NCBI GenBank assembly: GCA_016789445.1
Contig: JAEUQT010000001.1
Span: forward strand, 1,308 to 65,307
Origin: a bacterium
GTDB taxonomy: Bacteria; Patescibacteriota; Minisyncoccia; Phycocordibacterales; UBA2100
Direction: 5' to 3'
DNA length: 64,000 nucleotides
The notes below the pieces were generated by a model. That model did no database searches. It saw only the letters and a program-made list of their open reading frames with translations, and had not been told where the DNA came from. Below are positions 8,829 to 19,683 of this stretch, piece after piece (the first letter of the stretch is position 1; every line of letters begins with the position of its first letter). The translations under genes and the position numbers were made by a program.

Positions 8829-8910
8829 ACTTTGGAAACCCTCGGTTTTCCAACGCTCGCTTCTCGCTGCCTTCCGACACGGGGAACTCCCGTTCCCCGA
8901 CCCCCTCCCG
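8829..8910 (-). repeat. Type-B structured repeat (copy B1) between rpmG and tRNA-Trp
   Basis: Reverse complement reads GGAGGGGGTCGGGGAACgggaGTTCCCC-GTGTCGGAAGGCAGCGAGAAGCGAGCG-TTGGAAAACCGAGGGTTTCCAAAG. It is paralogous to 16126-16273, 55682-55803 and 61916-62003. Confidence 0.75.
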
Positions 8911-8951
8911 CTGCAAATGGTGAGTGCACCATTCGAGCAAGCGGCAAGATA

Positions 8952-9110
8952 TTACTTTTTGACTTCCTTGTGTGGTGTAGATTTCTTACACCATTTGCAG
9001 AACTTCTTGAGCTCGATCTTCTTGGTGACGAGCTTCTTGTTCTTGCGCGTCCAATAGTTCGTCCGCTTGCAGACGGAGCACTGGAGCTTGATGAGTTGGT
9101 CCTGCGACAT
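8952..9110 (-). CDS. rpmG: 50S ribosomal protein L33 (zinc-ribbon form)
   Basis: 52-aa ORF, below the ORF-track cutoff: MSQDQLIKLQCSVCKRTNYWTRKNKKLVTKKIELKKFCKWCKKSTPHKEVKK, a CxxC...CxxC L33 signature. Confidence 0.8.
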   Translation of the reverse strand: MSQDQLIKLQCSVCKRTNYWTRKNKKLVTKKIELKKFCKWCKKSTPHKEVKK

Positions 9111-9280
9111 ATGTGGGCCGAAATATACCCTATATAGCGAAAGTGCGCAACTCGAAGAAAGCCAGAAAAGGGCTCAGATGCTAGGCGCTGGACAAGGGGC
9201 AGCTGAGACGTACCGAGCGTACGGTGAGGCTGAGCCGATGGCCAGCAACAACGCAGATGGGCCCTTTTCGGGCTTTCAGG

Positions 9281-9715
9281 CTAGAGGCCCAGATTGGTGC
9301 AGATATTGTTCCAAACAACATTATCCTTCAGGAGGCTGCTCATGAGGGTATCCACCACCAGCCACGCCACCATGATGACGATGAGGCCGATGGCCACGTT
9401 CCCGAAGAGCTTTTTAGCCTTATCCTTCTGGCCGATGGCCTCGTTGGAGAGGTACAACCAGCCGGCATACGCGAAAAGGAGCGCCGCGAGGAATACCGAG
9501 AGGAAGATGCCACCGTTGATGAGATTCTGCGCCAACTGGATGAGATGCTCGCATTTACAGTCCAAGCCATTGCACGGGACGATTTTGTCCGGCAAACCAC
9601 CGCCTCCCTGCTGCGCAAACGCGAAGTACGGCAGAAGGGCCACTACGGCCGGAATGAACGCGAAGATGCGCTGAAGCAACATGGCGTAAGTGTAGCATCG
9701 CCACTCTCTCCCCAT
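9281..9715 (-). CDS. TrbC/VirB2-like pilin-family small membrane protein (paralog 6, isolated)
   Basis: Signal-peptide-like N-terminus (LLQRIFAFIPAVVALLPYFAFAQQ), two hydrophobic helices and a Cys-rich loop CNGLDCKCEHL. Its architecture matches the tandem paralogs at 20580-22355. The overlapping + strand ORF 9224-9883 is taken as spurious. Confidence 0.6.
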   Translation of the reverse strand: MGREWRCYTYAMLLQRIFAFIPAVVALLPYFAFAQQGGGGLPDKIVPCNGLDCKCEHLIQLAQNLINGGIFLSVFLAALLFAYAGWLYLSNEAIGQKDKAKKLFGNVAIGLIVIMVAWLVVDTLMSSLLKDNVVWNNICTNLGL

Positions 9716-9821
9716 TCCTCTTTTGGGGAAAAGATTCGCCTTGCGACGAACGAAATACCATTTGACGAATACATAATTAATTATATAATGTTTTCAGTTT
9801 CAATCGTGAAAGGACTTGTTC

Positions 9822-10208
9822 ATGCAGGATCTGTTTACGGAAAGACCGAAATCGGCTTCGGCGTTCAAGCAGCCGCTTCTTGAAGTGACCGTCAAAGGAG
9901 ACGGCGTGAAGAAAGCCGCAGGAGCCGCCGAATCAAGCGTATGGTTCATTGATGTTGATGGTCAGATCGACCAGTTCATCAGCAAGAACAACACGCCGAA
10001 AAAACCGTTCATCGAACTATGCAAGAAACTCGCGCGGTCCGGCGTCGTCGTTACGGGGTTCCAGCCCTACAAGGGCAGCGGCGGCCCGAACTTCCTTCTG
10101 CGCAACGGTGAGCTCTTCCATCGTTTGAGCGATCTCGGCACACGTTCCGATACGATTCTCTCGTACGAGTATCGGGTCCCGGTCTACCGCGGCCCGCCGA
10201 AATCCTGA
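9822..10208 (+). CDS. Hypothetical protein
   Basis: TATAAT at 9783-9788, GAAAGGA RBS, ATG 9822, and a terminator follows. Confidence 0.5.
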   Translation: MQDLFTERPKSASAFKQPLLEVTVKGDGVKKAAGAAESSVWFIDVDGQIDQFISKNNTPKKPFIELCKKLARSGVVVTGFQPYKGSGGPNFLLRNGELFHRLSDLGTRSDTILSYEYRVPVYRGPPKS

Positions 10209-10214
10209 TCCTAT

Positions 10215-10246
10215 CCAGCCGGCTTCTCGCGAAGCCGGCTTTTTAT
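10215..10246 (+). terminator. Rho-independent terminator
   Basis: CCAGCCGGCTTCTCGCGAAGCCGGCTTTTTAT. Confidence 0.75.
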
Positions 10247-10311
10247 ATCCTCTTCACCCTTGGGAAATCTGTGCTTCTTTGCTAGAATCGCTCTGTTCGG
10301 CCCTTAGACGG

Positions 10312-10394
10312 GCGTCGATACCCAAGTGGTCAAAGGGGGTGCGCTGTAGACGCATTGACTTCGGTCTTCGTTGGTTCGAATCCAACTCGGCGCA
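10312..10394 (+). tRNA. tRNA-Tyr (anticodon GTA), type II with long variable arm
   Basis: Acceptor GCGTCGA/TCGGCGC with one G-U pair, D-arm CCC...GGG as in bacterial tRNA-Tyr, anticodon loop CTGTAGA, long variable arm, T-arm GTTGGTTCGAATCCAAC. TAGAAT -10 at 10282-10287. Confidence 0.75.
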
Positions 10395-10404
10395 CAAATA
10401 AAGT

Positions 10405-10438
10405 AAACCGGTCAGTTCCAAAAGGGACTGACCGGTTT
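10405..10438. terminator. Bidirectional terminator hairpin between tRNA-Tyr and a convergent gene
   Basis: AAACCGGTCAGTTCCAAAAGGGACTGACCGGTTT. Confidence 0.7.
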
Positions 10439-10452
10439 GCGTTTGCAGGTTC

Positions 10453-10809
10453 TTATGTAACCACTTTGAGCTTTGGTCCTTTCTTCGCTGGCCCAGGGGA
10501 AGGACCCATGTCAATGAGATTGAGCGACTTACCTGTTCGTACGCCCCGCTTATCGAGTTCATGCGCGATTTTTGGCGTAGAAAGATCATAGGCATATTTA
10601 CGACCGTCGCCACCGGTCAAATGCATAGTGAATCCAAGCCGACGTGCATTATTGAGCGCCGTCGCCACCGTAACGCCCATTCTTGCTCCAAGCTGGACAT
10701 CATCGAGCTTAAGATCTCTCGCAAGTTGCGAGGCTCCGGCCCATTCACGCGGACCCAGCTTAACTAGACGCTTAGTATCTGGAATATCCTTCGACATTTC
10801 AAACTCCAT
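10453..10809 (-). CDS. Hypothetical protein
   Basis: 118-aa ORF with no confident family assignment. Confidence 0.45.
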   Translation of the reverse strand: MEFEMSKDIPDTKRLVKLGPREWAGASQLARDLKLDDVQLGARMGVTVATALNNARRLGFTMHLTGGDGRKYAYDLSTPKIAHELDKRGVRTGKSLNLIDMGPSPGPAKKGPKLKVVT

Positions 10810-11020
10810 GCATATAGCCAGTTCAGTGCTGGGCTGAGAATATAGCCCTGCAGCCTTAAGTCAATATGATCCCATCAGAACTGTTCCGATTTCGTTCCAT
10901 ACGCTGCACAAAATGAAAACACCTCCCTCGCGGAGGTTGTTTTCGTTTAATCTCTGCGATACTTGACATTTTATCGCTTCATTGATTTATTTATTTCAGT
11001 TCAATCTAAAAGGAAGAGCC

Positions 11021-11308
11021 ATGGCCGAACCAAGCGACGAAGATCTTGCGGCTTTGCTGCAAGAACTCCATGACAAGCAGTTATTGGATGTTGATCACAT
11101 GGATGAGCTTCGATTTGAGCTCGCGAACAACAAAGAGTTTGGATGTATTCGCATACTGGCAATTCTTGATGCGAAAGTTGAAAAAAACGAGCTCACCCGC
11201 GAAGCGGCTGATCGGTATATCGACAAGCTCGGTTTCTCGGAACACTATATCGAGGACCGGCGCAAGGGATTGCGAGAGAAACAGTTTCAACAGAAGAAAC
11301 TGAACTAG
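11021..11308 (+). CDS. Hypothetical acidic protein
   Basis: AAAGGAAGAG RBS then ATG 11021, 95 aa, followed by a convergent terminator. Confidence 0.45.
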   Translation: MAEPSDEDLAALLQELHDKQLLDVDHMDELRFELANNKEFGCIRILAILDAKVEKNELTREAADRYIDKLGFSEHYIEDRRKGLREKQFQQKKLN

Positions 11309-11313
11309 CAGCA

Positions 11314-11350
11314 CAGGCCGAGCGGAAAGCTCGGCCTGTTTTCTTTTTTG
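11314..11350. terminator. Bidirectional rho-independent terminator (convergent genes)
   Basis: CAGGCCGAGCGGAAAGCTCGGCCTG followed by TTTTCTTTTTTG. Confidence 0.75.
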
Positions 11351-11351
11351 C

Positions 11352-14036
<2,685 letters not shown>

Positions 14037-14077
14037 GGTTATTCAGTATTAGACGAATAAGGGGGAATATCTTTCGT

Positions 14078-14911
14078 TTATGGGGCACCTGCGCCTCCCT
14101 CCGTACTAGTATTTTGCAACACGATGGCCAAGGATGCAAGAAATCCTCCAGGAGCGGCGGCGCGGCTTTCTCTCGTGGCAATACCGATGACCGCTCCGTC
14201 GGCATCGATCAGCGGACTCCCTGCTGCGAACGAGTCCGCAGGGATATCCGTCTCGATGATCCCTGATGGATTATCGTTCCCGTACGCTGAAGTCCCGATG
14301 ATGACGCCCTTACCGATTTTCACGGAAGTGCGCCCGCCGATGGTGACGATGCTCGCTCCCAGCGATGCATCCTTCCGCGCGAAGGCGACCGGTTTCCAGT
14401 CGATCTTCTCATTTTTCTCATTCGTCGTAGCTGCCTGCAAGCGGATCAGGTTGGAGCCTGAGGGTCGTGCGATGACATTGACCGGAACCGAGACGCCATC
14501 GCTGCGAAGCGCGGTAAGCGCACCATCCGGCGTACCTGCATCGGCGATAAGCACGCCGTTCGCATCCGCGACGATCGCAAGACCGATGAAGAGATTGGCG
14601 TTATTCCCCGCCTCATCCCTGCCGGGCGTAAAAAGCCGCACGACCGAAGGAGAAACGCGCTGGATCGCACCCGCGAGGAGATCGGATTCGCGCACGATGA
14701 TTGTCTCCGGTGATGCCGCAGAAGCGACGAGCGATTCAGGAGCGACTTTCTCGATGGTGCGCTCCACGACGCGGTTCACGGTCTGGGTGATTGCCGGCGG
14801 CGCCTGCTCCATAAGCGCGACCGTCACGATGCCGGTCGCAATGGAAGTGACGAAGCTGACGAGAAGCGTGAGAAGGACAACCTGTGATTTGTTCAGCTTC
14901 TCGAGATCCAT
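14078..14911 (-). CDS. Membrane-anchored trypsin-like serine protease domain protein (HtrA-like, no PDZ domain; catalytic triad not clearly intact)
   Basis: N-terminal TM helix, then a chymotrypsin-fold-like region (GRDEAGNNANLFIGLAIV...; ...AAGSPLIDADGAVIGIAT). Confidence 0.55.
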   Translation of the reverse strand: MDLEKLNKSQVVLLTLLVSFVTSIATGIVTVALMEQAPPAITQTVNRVVERTIEKVAPESLVASAASPETIIVRESDLLAGAIQRVSPSVVRLFTPGRDEAGNNANLFIGLAIVADANGVLIADAGTPDGALTALRSDGVSVPVNVIARPSGSNLIRLQAATTNEKNEKIDWKPVAFARKDASLGASIVTIGGRTSVKIGKGVIIGTSAYGNDNPSGIIETDIPADSFAAGSPLIDADGAVIGIATRESRAAAPGGFLASLAIVLQNTSTEGGAGAP

Positions 14912-14923
14912 ATATCAATAGTA

Positions 14924-16096
14924 TCACGTTTCGGATTTCGCGATGCAACGCACCAATTCATCGAGAACTCTCTCCAATTCTTTTGTCGACGTCGCGTTTC
15001 CGAGCGAGAATCGCAGCGTGTTTTCCGCGCGCCATGATGGCCCGCCGAGCGCTTCCACCACATGCGAGCGACGATTCCCCCCTTCGCGACACGCGCTCTT
15101 CGTCGAAATGGAAATCCCCTTCGCATCCAATTGCAGCGTCACGTATTCGCTCTGGATATCCGGCAAGGAGATGTTGAGCATGTTCGGCAGCGCGCGTTTG
15201 ATATCGCCGTTCACCACCACATCGGGAATACGCGCAACGAGCTTTTTCACGAACGTGTCGCGCAGTATCTGCAGACGCTGTGCTTCGGCTTTTCGTTCAA
15301 TGCCCGCGAGCGCGAATGCTTCCGCAAAGCCGGCAATGAGCCCGACATTCTCCGTCCCCGGCCGAAGCCCTCTCTCTTGGCCGCCACCAAGGTACACTGA
15401 CGATGCATCCACGCGGTTCGATATATAGAGTGCTCCCACACCGCGCGGTCCGTACACTTTTCCGGAATCGAGTGTCATCAGATCCACGCCGAGCGTGTGC
15501 ACGTGCGGCGCAAGATAGAGTGGCGCCTGTCCTGCATCGGTATGCATGAGGGTTTTCGGATGCTTTTCCACCAACGCGCGTGCGATCTCACGGATCGGCT
15601 GCACGGTGCCGATCTCGCTGTTCGCCCAGCCGATGGAGACGAGGACCGTATTCTTCTTTACCGCCGCAAGCACCGCATCAGCGGTGATGGTACCGCGCTC
15701 ATCCGGATCAACGTGCGTCACCTGGCCGCCCAAGCGCTCGATTTCCCCAAAGCATTCCAGAACCGATGGATGCTCGATCGAACTCACTACCCAGTGTGTT
15801 TTCGAAAAATCATCCTGACGCTTCAAAAGGTTCCGCGCGACGCCGAGGATCGCGATATTGTTCCCCTCCGTGCCGCCGGAGGTGAAGATCACCTCGCGCG
15901 CCTTGCAGGCCAGTTCGAGTGCCACCTTATCGCGCGCCGCTTCGAGCGCCTTGTCCGCCGCGACACCATCAGCATGGATGCCGCCCGGATTCCCGAAGGT
16001 GTCCCAGAGCTTCTCCACCGCTTTGCGTGCCTCAGCGCGCACCGGCGTCGCGCTCGCGTAGTCTAAATAGATGCGTTTCGGTCGCGAGAACCACAT
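14924..16096 (-). CDS. Cysteine desulfurase (class V aminotransferase, IscS/NifS-like)
   Basis: TSGGTEGNNIAI and PLP-lysine region SGHKVYGPRGVGALYI. Confidence 0.9.
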   Translation of the reverse strand: MWFSRPKRIYLDYASATPVRAEARKAVEKLWDTFGNPGGIHADGVAADKALEAARDKVALELACKAREVIFTSGGTEGNNIAILGVARNLLKRQDDFSKTHWVVSSIEHPSVLECFGEIERLGGQVTHVDPDERGTITADAVLAAVKKNTVLVSIGWANSEIGTVQPIREIARALVEKHPKTLMHTDAGQAPLYLAPHVHTLGVDLMTLDSGKVYGPRGVGALYISNRVDASSVYLGGGQERGLRPGTENVGLIAGFAEAFALAGIERKAEAQRLQILRDTFVKKLVARIPDVVVNGDIKRALPNMLNISLPDIQSEYVTLQLDAKGISISTKSACREGGNRRSHVVEALGGPSWRAENTLRFSLGNATSTKELERVLDELVRCIAKSET

Positions 16097-16125
16097 TCCG
16101 GCATCCTAGCACGACCCCTCGATAA

Positions 16126-16273
16126 CGTGCGCAGCAGCGCACGGGCGGAGGGGGTCGGGGAACCGCCATCGGTTCCCCGTGTCGGAGAGCAGGGCGGCGA
16201 GCGAAGCGCTGCCGTCCGTTGAGAACCGAGGGTTCTCAAAACGAACCGCCGGACTGGCCGGACGGTTCGTTTC
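16126..16273 (+). repeat. Type-B structured repeat (copy B2) in the divergent intergenic region upstream of infB
   Basis: GTGCGCagcagCGCAC hairpin, then GGAGGGGGTCGGGGAACCgccatcGGTTCCCC-GTGTCGGAGAGCAGGGCGGCGAGCGAAGCGCTGCCGTCCG-TTGAGAACCgaggGTTCTCAAAA. Confidence 0.75.
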
Positions 16274-16315
16274 GTTGTATGATTGCGCGGTCATTTATGA
16301 CTCCCACCCCCACCT

Positions 16316-17809
16316 ATGTCCTCCGCTTCTACCACAACCGAACGTCCGCCAATCGTAGCCGTTCTCGGTCACGTCGATCACGGTAAGTCGACGCTGCTCG
16401 ACTACATCCGCAAGGCCAACACCGTCGCCAAGGAAGCAGGCGGCATCACCCAGCACGTCGCTGCCTACGAGGTCGTCCACGAGCGTGAGGGCAAGCTCAA
16501 GAAGATCACCTTTATCGATACGCCGGGCCATGCGGCATTCCAGGCTATCCGCGCACGCGGTGCGAAGATCGCCGACATCGCCATCCTCGTCGTCGCGGCG
16601 GATGACGGCGTGAAGGCACAGACCCTCGAAGCACTGGAGAGCATCAAGGCATCGAACACGCCGTTCGTTGTCGCTATCAACAAGATCGACAAGCCGAACG
16701 CGGATATGAGCCGCACACAGGCATCGCTTTTGGAGAATCACGTCTATCTCGAGAAGCTCGGCGGGGATATCCCATGGACAGCAATCTCCGCAAAGAGCGG
16801 TCAGGGCGTCGATGAACTCCTTGATCTCATCCTTCTCGTCGCCGAACTCTCTGAATTCAAAGCAGATCCGGATGTTCTTGCAAAAGGCTACGTCGTCGAA
16901 GCGCATCGCGATGAGAAGCGCGGCATCGCGGCAACACTCATCATCACCGAAGGCACGCTCTCGAGCGGTCAGGCGGTGCGCGCTGGCCGCGCGGTCGTTC
17001 CGGTCCGCATCATGACCGACCACAACGGGAAAGCGATCAAGGAAGCGACGTTCTCCTCTCCGGTCACGCTCTACGGTTTCGACGAACTTCCGGAAGTCGG
17101 TTCCGAATTCGTCACGTACAAGAAGAAAGGCGAAGCGGAAGCTGATAAGCCGGAAGTCGTCCGCGCTGCAAACGTCCTCGCCGAAGAAGAATCCTCGAAG
17201 TTCTTCCTCCCCGTCATCATCCGCGCCGACGTCACGGGCTCGCTTGAAGGCATCCAGCATGAACTCGCGAAGATCGGCGACGAATTCACCGGCATCCGCA
17301 TCGTACAGACCGGTATCGGCGCGGTTTCCGAAGCAGATGTGAAGGCGGCGATCGCAAGCGCCGCGACTCCCGCCGTCATCGTCGGTTTTGATGTACCGGT
17401 AGATGCGACGGCACGCGAGAGTGCGCGCCAGCACAACGTCCGCATCGAAACCTACGACATCATCTACAAACTCGCTGAGAGCCTCACCGAGATCCTCAAG
17501 GAAAGCGCCCCGAAGCGCCAGGTCGAGGAATCGATCGGTAAAGCACGCATCCTCAAGCTCTTCTCGAGCGGCAAGGGCAAGCAGACCCTCGGCGGCACCG
17601 TCTTCGAGGGCCGCTTCGAGAAGCGCACGAGCGTACGCGTCACCCGCAAGGGCGAGGAGATCGGCATCGGCTGGGTTGATAGCCTCCAGTCGCACCGCCA
17701 GAGCGCGGAACGCATCGAGACCGGCAGTGAATTCGGTGCCGAGATCGAGGCGGAGTTTGATCTCGCCCAAGGAGACGTGTTAGAAAGCTTCCGTACCAAA
17801 ACCGTATGA
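16316..17809 (+). CDS. infB: Translation initiation factor IF-2 (short form lacking the long N-terminal region)
   Basis: G-domain VAVLGHVDHGKSTLLD...FIDTPGHAAF...INKIDK, then IF2 domains II to IV. 497 aa. Confidence 0.9.
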   Translation: MSSASTTTERPPIVAVLGHVDHGKSTLLDYIRKANTVAKEAGGITQHVAAYEVVHEREGKLKKITFIDTPGHAAFQAIRARGAKIADIAILVVAADDGVKAQTLEALESIKASNTPFVVAINKIDKPNADMSRTQASLLENHVYLEKLGGDIPWTAISAKSGQGVDELLDLILLVAELSEFKADPDVLAKGYVVEAHRDEKRGIAATLIITEGTLSSGQAVRAGRAVVPVRIMTDHNGKAIKEATFSSPVTLYGFDELPEVGSEFVTYKKKGEAEADKPEVVRAANVLAEEESSKFFLPVIIRADVTGSLEGIQHELAKIGDEFTGIRIVQTGIGAVSEADVKAAIASAATPAVIVGFDVPVDATARESARQHNVRIETYDIIYKLAESLTEILKESAPKRQVEESIGKARILKLFSSGKGKQTLGGTVFEGRFEKRTSVRVTRKGEEIGIGWVDSLQSHRQSAERIETGSEFGAEIEAEFDLAQGDVLESFRTKTV

Positions 17810-18135
17810 TGAACGAATCACGCCGTCAGAATAAGGTCGCCGAAGAGATCGCGCACCGCGCGGGCGAATTCCTCGCACGCAGCATCAAGGCAGGCGGCTC
17901 GCTCGTTACCGTCACCCATGCAGATATCGCACCGGATCTGAAGAACGTCACCATCTTCGTATCCGTCCTCCCGAAATCGCACGAAGAGGAAATGCTGGTG
18001 AGCCTGAAGCGTCTGCGCACCGATTTCCATGATTTCCTGAAGTCGAAGACGGTGCTGCGCAACGTCCCGACGGTCGATTTCGCGATCGATTTCGGCGAAG
18101 CGAATCGTCAGCGAATCGACGAACTGACGCGCTAA
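17806..18135 (+). CDS. rbfA: Ribosome-binding factor A
   Basis: Directly follows infB in canonical synteny. 109-aa KH-like RbfA pattern (RRQNKVAEEIAHRAGEF...VTVTHADIAPDLKNVTIFVSVL). Confidence 0.8.
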   Translation: MMNESRRQNKVAEEIAHRAGEFLARSIKAGGSLVTVTHADIAPDLKNVTIFVSVLPKSHEEEMLVSLKRLRTDFHDFLKSKTVLRNVPTVDFAIDFGEANRQRIDELTR

Positions 18136-18160
18136 AGACCGCGTGCTATATTAGCGCAAC

Positions 18161-18195
18161 GGCCACGTGGTGAAGGGGTACGAGTCTGCACAATC
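18161..18195 (+). pseudogene. Partial 5' copy of tRNA-Cys (pseudo-tRNA fragment)
   Basis: GGCCACGTGGTGAAGGGGTA-C-GAGTCTGCAcaatc matches the first ~40 nt of the intact tRNA-Cys 83 nt downstream, with a 6-nt deletion. It has no 3' half. Confidence 0.7.
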
Positions 18196-18243
18196 TTCTC
18201 CTTTGTCTTACCGCGTGAGTCGTAGATAAAACTGTTTTCTAAA

Positions 18244-18316
18244 GGCCACGTGGTGAAGGGGTAACACGGGAGTCTGCAAAACTCTTACTGCGCGGGTTCG
18301 AGTCCCGCCGTGGCCT
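18244..18316 (+). tRNA. tRNA-Cys (anticodon GCA)
   Basis: Acceptor GGCCACG/CGTGGCC, anticodon loop CTGCAAA, T-arm GCGGGTTCGAGTCCCGC, discriminator U73 typical of tRNA-Cys. Confidence 0.85.
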
Positions 18317-18372
18317 CCGTTTTTGCAAAACCGCTACTGGATGGGTGAGACGGGGTTGGGGCCCCGTCGCAA

Positions 18373-18436
18373 GGCCGGAGACGCTCGGCGTCGAGGCGGG
18401 GTCGCGGAAATTTTCAGCAGAAAATTATCCGTGACC
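18373..18436 (+). repeat. Type-A structured repeat (minimal module)
   Basis: GGCCGGAGacgcTCGGcgtCGAGGCGGGGTCGCGGAAATTTTCagcaGAAAATTATCCGTGACC. Confidence 0.75.
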
Positions 18437-18503
18437 AACTCCACCGCCTCCCCAACCATACAATTGACTAATCCTCATCCTCATTGCAGGATTCCCCTAT
18501 CCT

Positions 18504-18935
18504 ATGAAAAAAGGCTTCACCGCGGGCGCATTCGACCTCTGCCATGCAGGTCATTTCCTCATGTTTGAGGAGGCAAAATCCCAGTGCGATTACCTCATCG
18601 TCGGCCTCCATACCGACCCGACACTCGACCGACCGGACACCAAGAACAAGCCGATCATGTCGGTCGAGGAGCGCATGATCATCCTCAAGGGCATCAAGTA
18701 CATCGACGAGGTCGTCACCTACGAGACCGAGGCGGATCTCTACAATATCCTCAAGGAGAACAAACTCGGCATCAATATCCGCATCCTCGGTGTCGAATAC
18801 AAGGACAAACCGTACACCGGTCGCGACCTCCCTCTTGAGGTCTACTACAACACCCGCGGCCATAACTTCTCGACGACTGAATTACGCAACCGCGTGTACG
18901 AGGCAGAGAAGGCAAAGCGCGAGAAGGCGGCCTAG
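18504..18935 (+). CDS. Cytidylyltransferase-family protein (glycerol-3-phosphate cytidylyltransferase TagD-like)
   Basis: FDLCHAGH nucleotidyltransferase motif. 143 aa and collinear with TagD. Confidence 0.8.
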   Translation: MKKGFTAGAFDLCHAGHFLMFEEAKSQCDYLIVGLHTDPTLDRPDTKNKPIMSVEERMIILKGIKYIDEVVTYETEADLYNILKENKLGINIRILGVEYKDKPYTGRDLPLEVYYNTRGHNFSTTELRNRVYEAEKAKREKAA

Positions 18936-18956
18936 TCCGTGATATAAATCTCGTAC

Positions 18957-19037
18957 GCCGGGGTGGCGGAATGGTTTACGCAGACGACTTAAAATCGTTC
19001 ACCGAAAGGTTTGTGGGTTCGAGTCCCACCCCCGGCA
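18957..19037 (+). tRNA. tRNA-Leu (anticodon TAA)
   Basis: Acceptor GCCGGGG/CCCCGGC, D-arm GCGGAATGGTTTACGC, anticodon loop CTTAAAA, long variable arm, T-arm GTGGGTTCGAGTCCCAC. Confidence 0.85.
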
Positions 19038-19040
19038 CAG

Positions 19041-19196
19041 ATTGAGCAGAGCGAAGCTGTGTCGGGGAGAACAGTGCCGACGCACTGTTCGGGTGGGACT
19101 CGAAAGGCGGAGCGATGTTTCGTCAGCAGACGAAACCGCGAGCCGGGGTCGCGAAAAAGTCTGCACGACGGTGCAGACTTTATTCGTGACCGAGCC
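19041..19196 (+). repeat. Type-A composite structured repeat, immediately downstream of tRNA-Leu(TAA)
   Basis: GATTGAGCA...GTGTCGGGGAGAACAGTGCcgacGCACTGTTcggg-GACTCGAAAGGCGGAGCGATGTTTCGTCagcagACGAAACCGCGAGCCGGGGTCGCGAAAAAGTCTGCACgacgGTGCAGACTTTATTCGTGACCGAGCC. Confidence 0.8.
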
Positions 19197-19683
19197 AAAC
19201 GGAATCAAAACGAGCTCTTTGCCGAGTCCTTCTCCCGGCAGCGAAAATTGTTTACACAAGATTCTTGAATCGCTCTTTCAGGAGTCGATATCTACGAATC
19301 GTATCGGGTTGCGAAAGAACACGCCCACTGTCTCTCTCTTCTCCTTCAAGTTGTTGAAACGTGAGGTCTGAATATTGGTCCTTTGTAAAATCAATCTGCG
19401 TTCCGTCTGCGAGAGCGTTCCAGTAATGTGAGCGCAAATGCGCATATTTAGATATATGTGCCAGTGAACCGCACATCAACTTACCACCCAAGTATTCCTG
19501 CGCTAAAACAGAAGCAACTGCACAATGTCCCCACAATGGATTGTGTTCTGTCCAATGTTTCGGATCTGCAGATGTGTCGCGCTGCGCGACATTTCTCAGT
19601 ATTCGTGAGAATGTGTCTCGATCGACTGTCATATCTAGCACTAATTAGCTTGATAATATCATTCCTTATCTTCACGGATATTT
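19197..19683. other. Low-GC islet between tRNA-Leu(TAA) and tRNA-Lys, flanked by type-A repeats
   Basis: GC visibly about 45% versus about 60% for flanking DNA. One hypothetical gene (19252-19641). Confidence 0.5.
19252..19641 (-). CDS. Hypothetical protein in a lower-GC islet between tRNA-Leu(TAA) and tRNA-Lys
   Basis: 129-aa ORF. The local GC (~45%) is clearly below the window average. Confidence 0.5.
   Translation of the reverse strand: MLDMTVDRDTFSRILRNVAQRDTSADPKHWTEHNPLWGHCAVASVLAQEYLGGKLMCGSLAHISKYAHLRSHYWNALADGTQIDFTKDQYSDLTFQQLEGEERDSGRVLSQPDTIRRYRLLKERFKNLV

Noticed and set aside
8829-8910. Possible SRP (4.5S) RNA: motif GUGUCGGAAGGCAGC resembles the domain IV GGAAGG-AGCAGC region
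   Set aside because: The same motif-bearing unit occurs four times in the window as type-B copies B1-B4 with covarying hairpins, so it is a repeat family rather than the single-copy SRP RNA. A true ffs gene, if present, was not identified here.
9224-9883. 219-aa + strand ORF overlapping the isolated pilin-like gene
   Set aside because: It has no features, whereas the opposite-strand product has the same signal-peptide plus two-TM architecture as the five tandem paralogs. The 3' part of this ORF does overlap the separate real gene 9822-10208, in a different frame logic.
16295-17770. 491-aa - strand ORF
   Set aside because: Antisense to infB, whose G-domain motifs are clear. Asp/Arg-rich low complexity.
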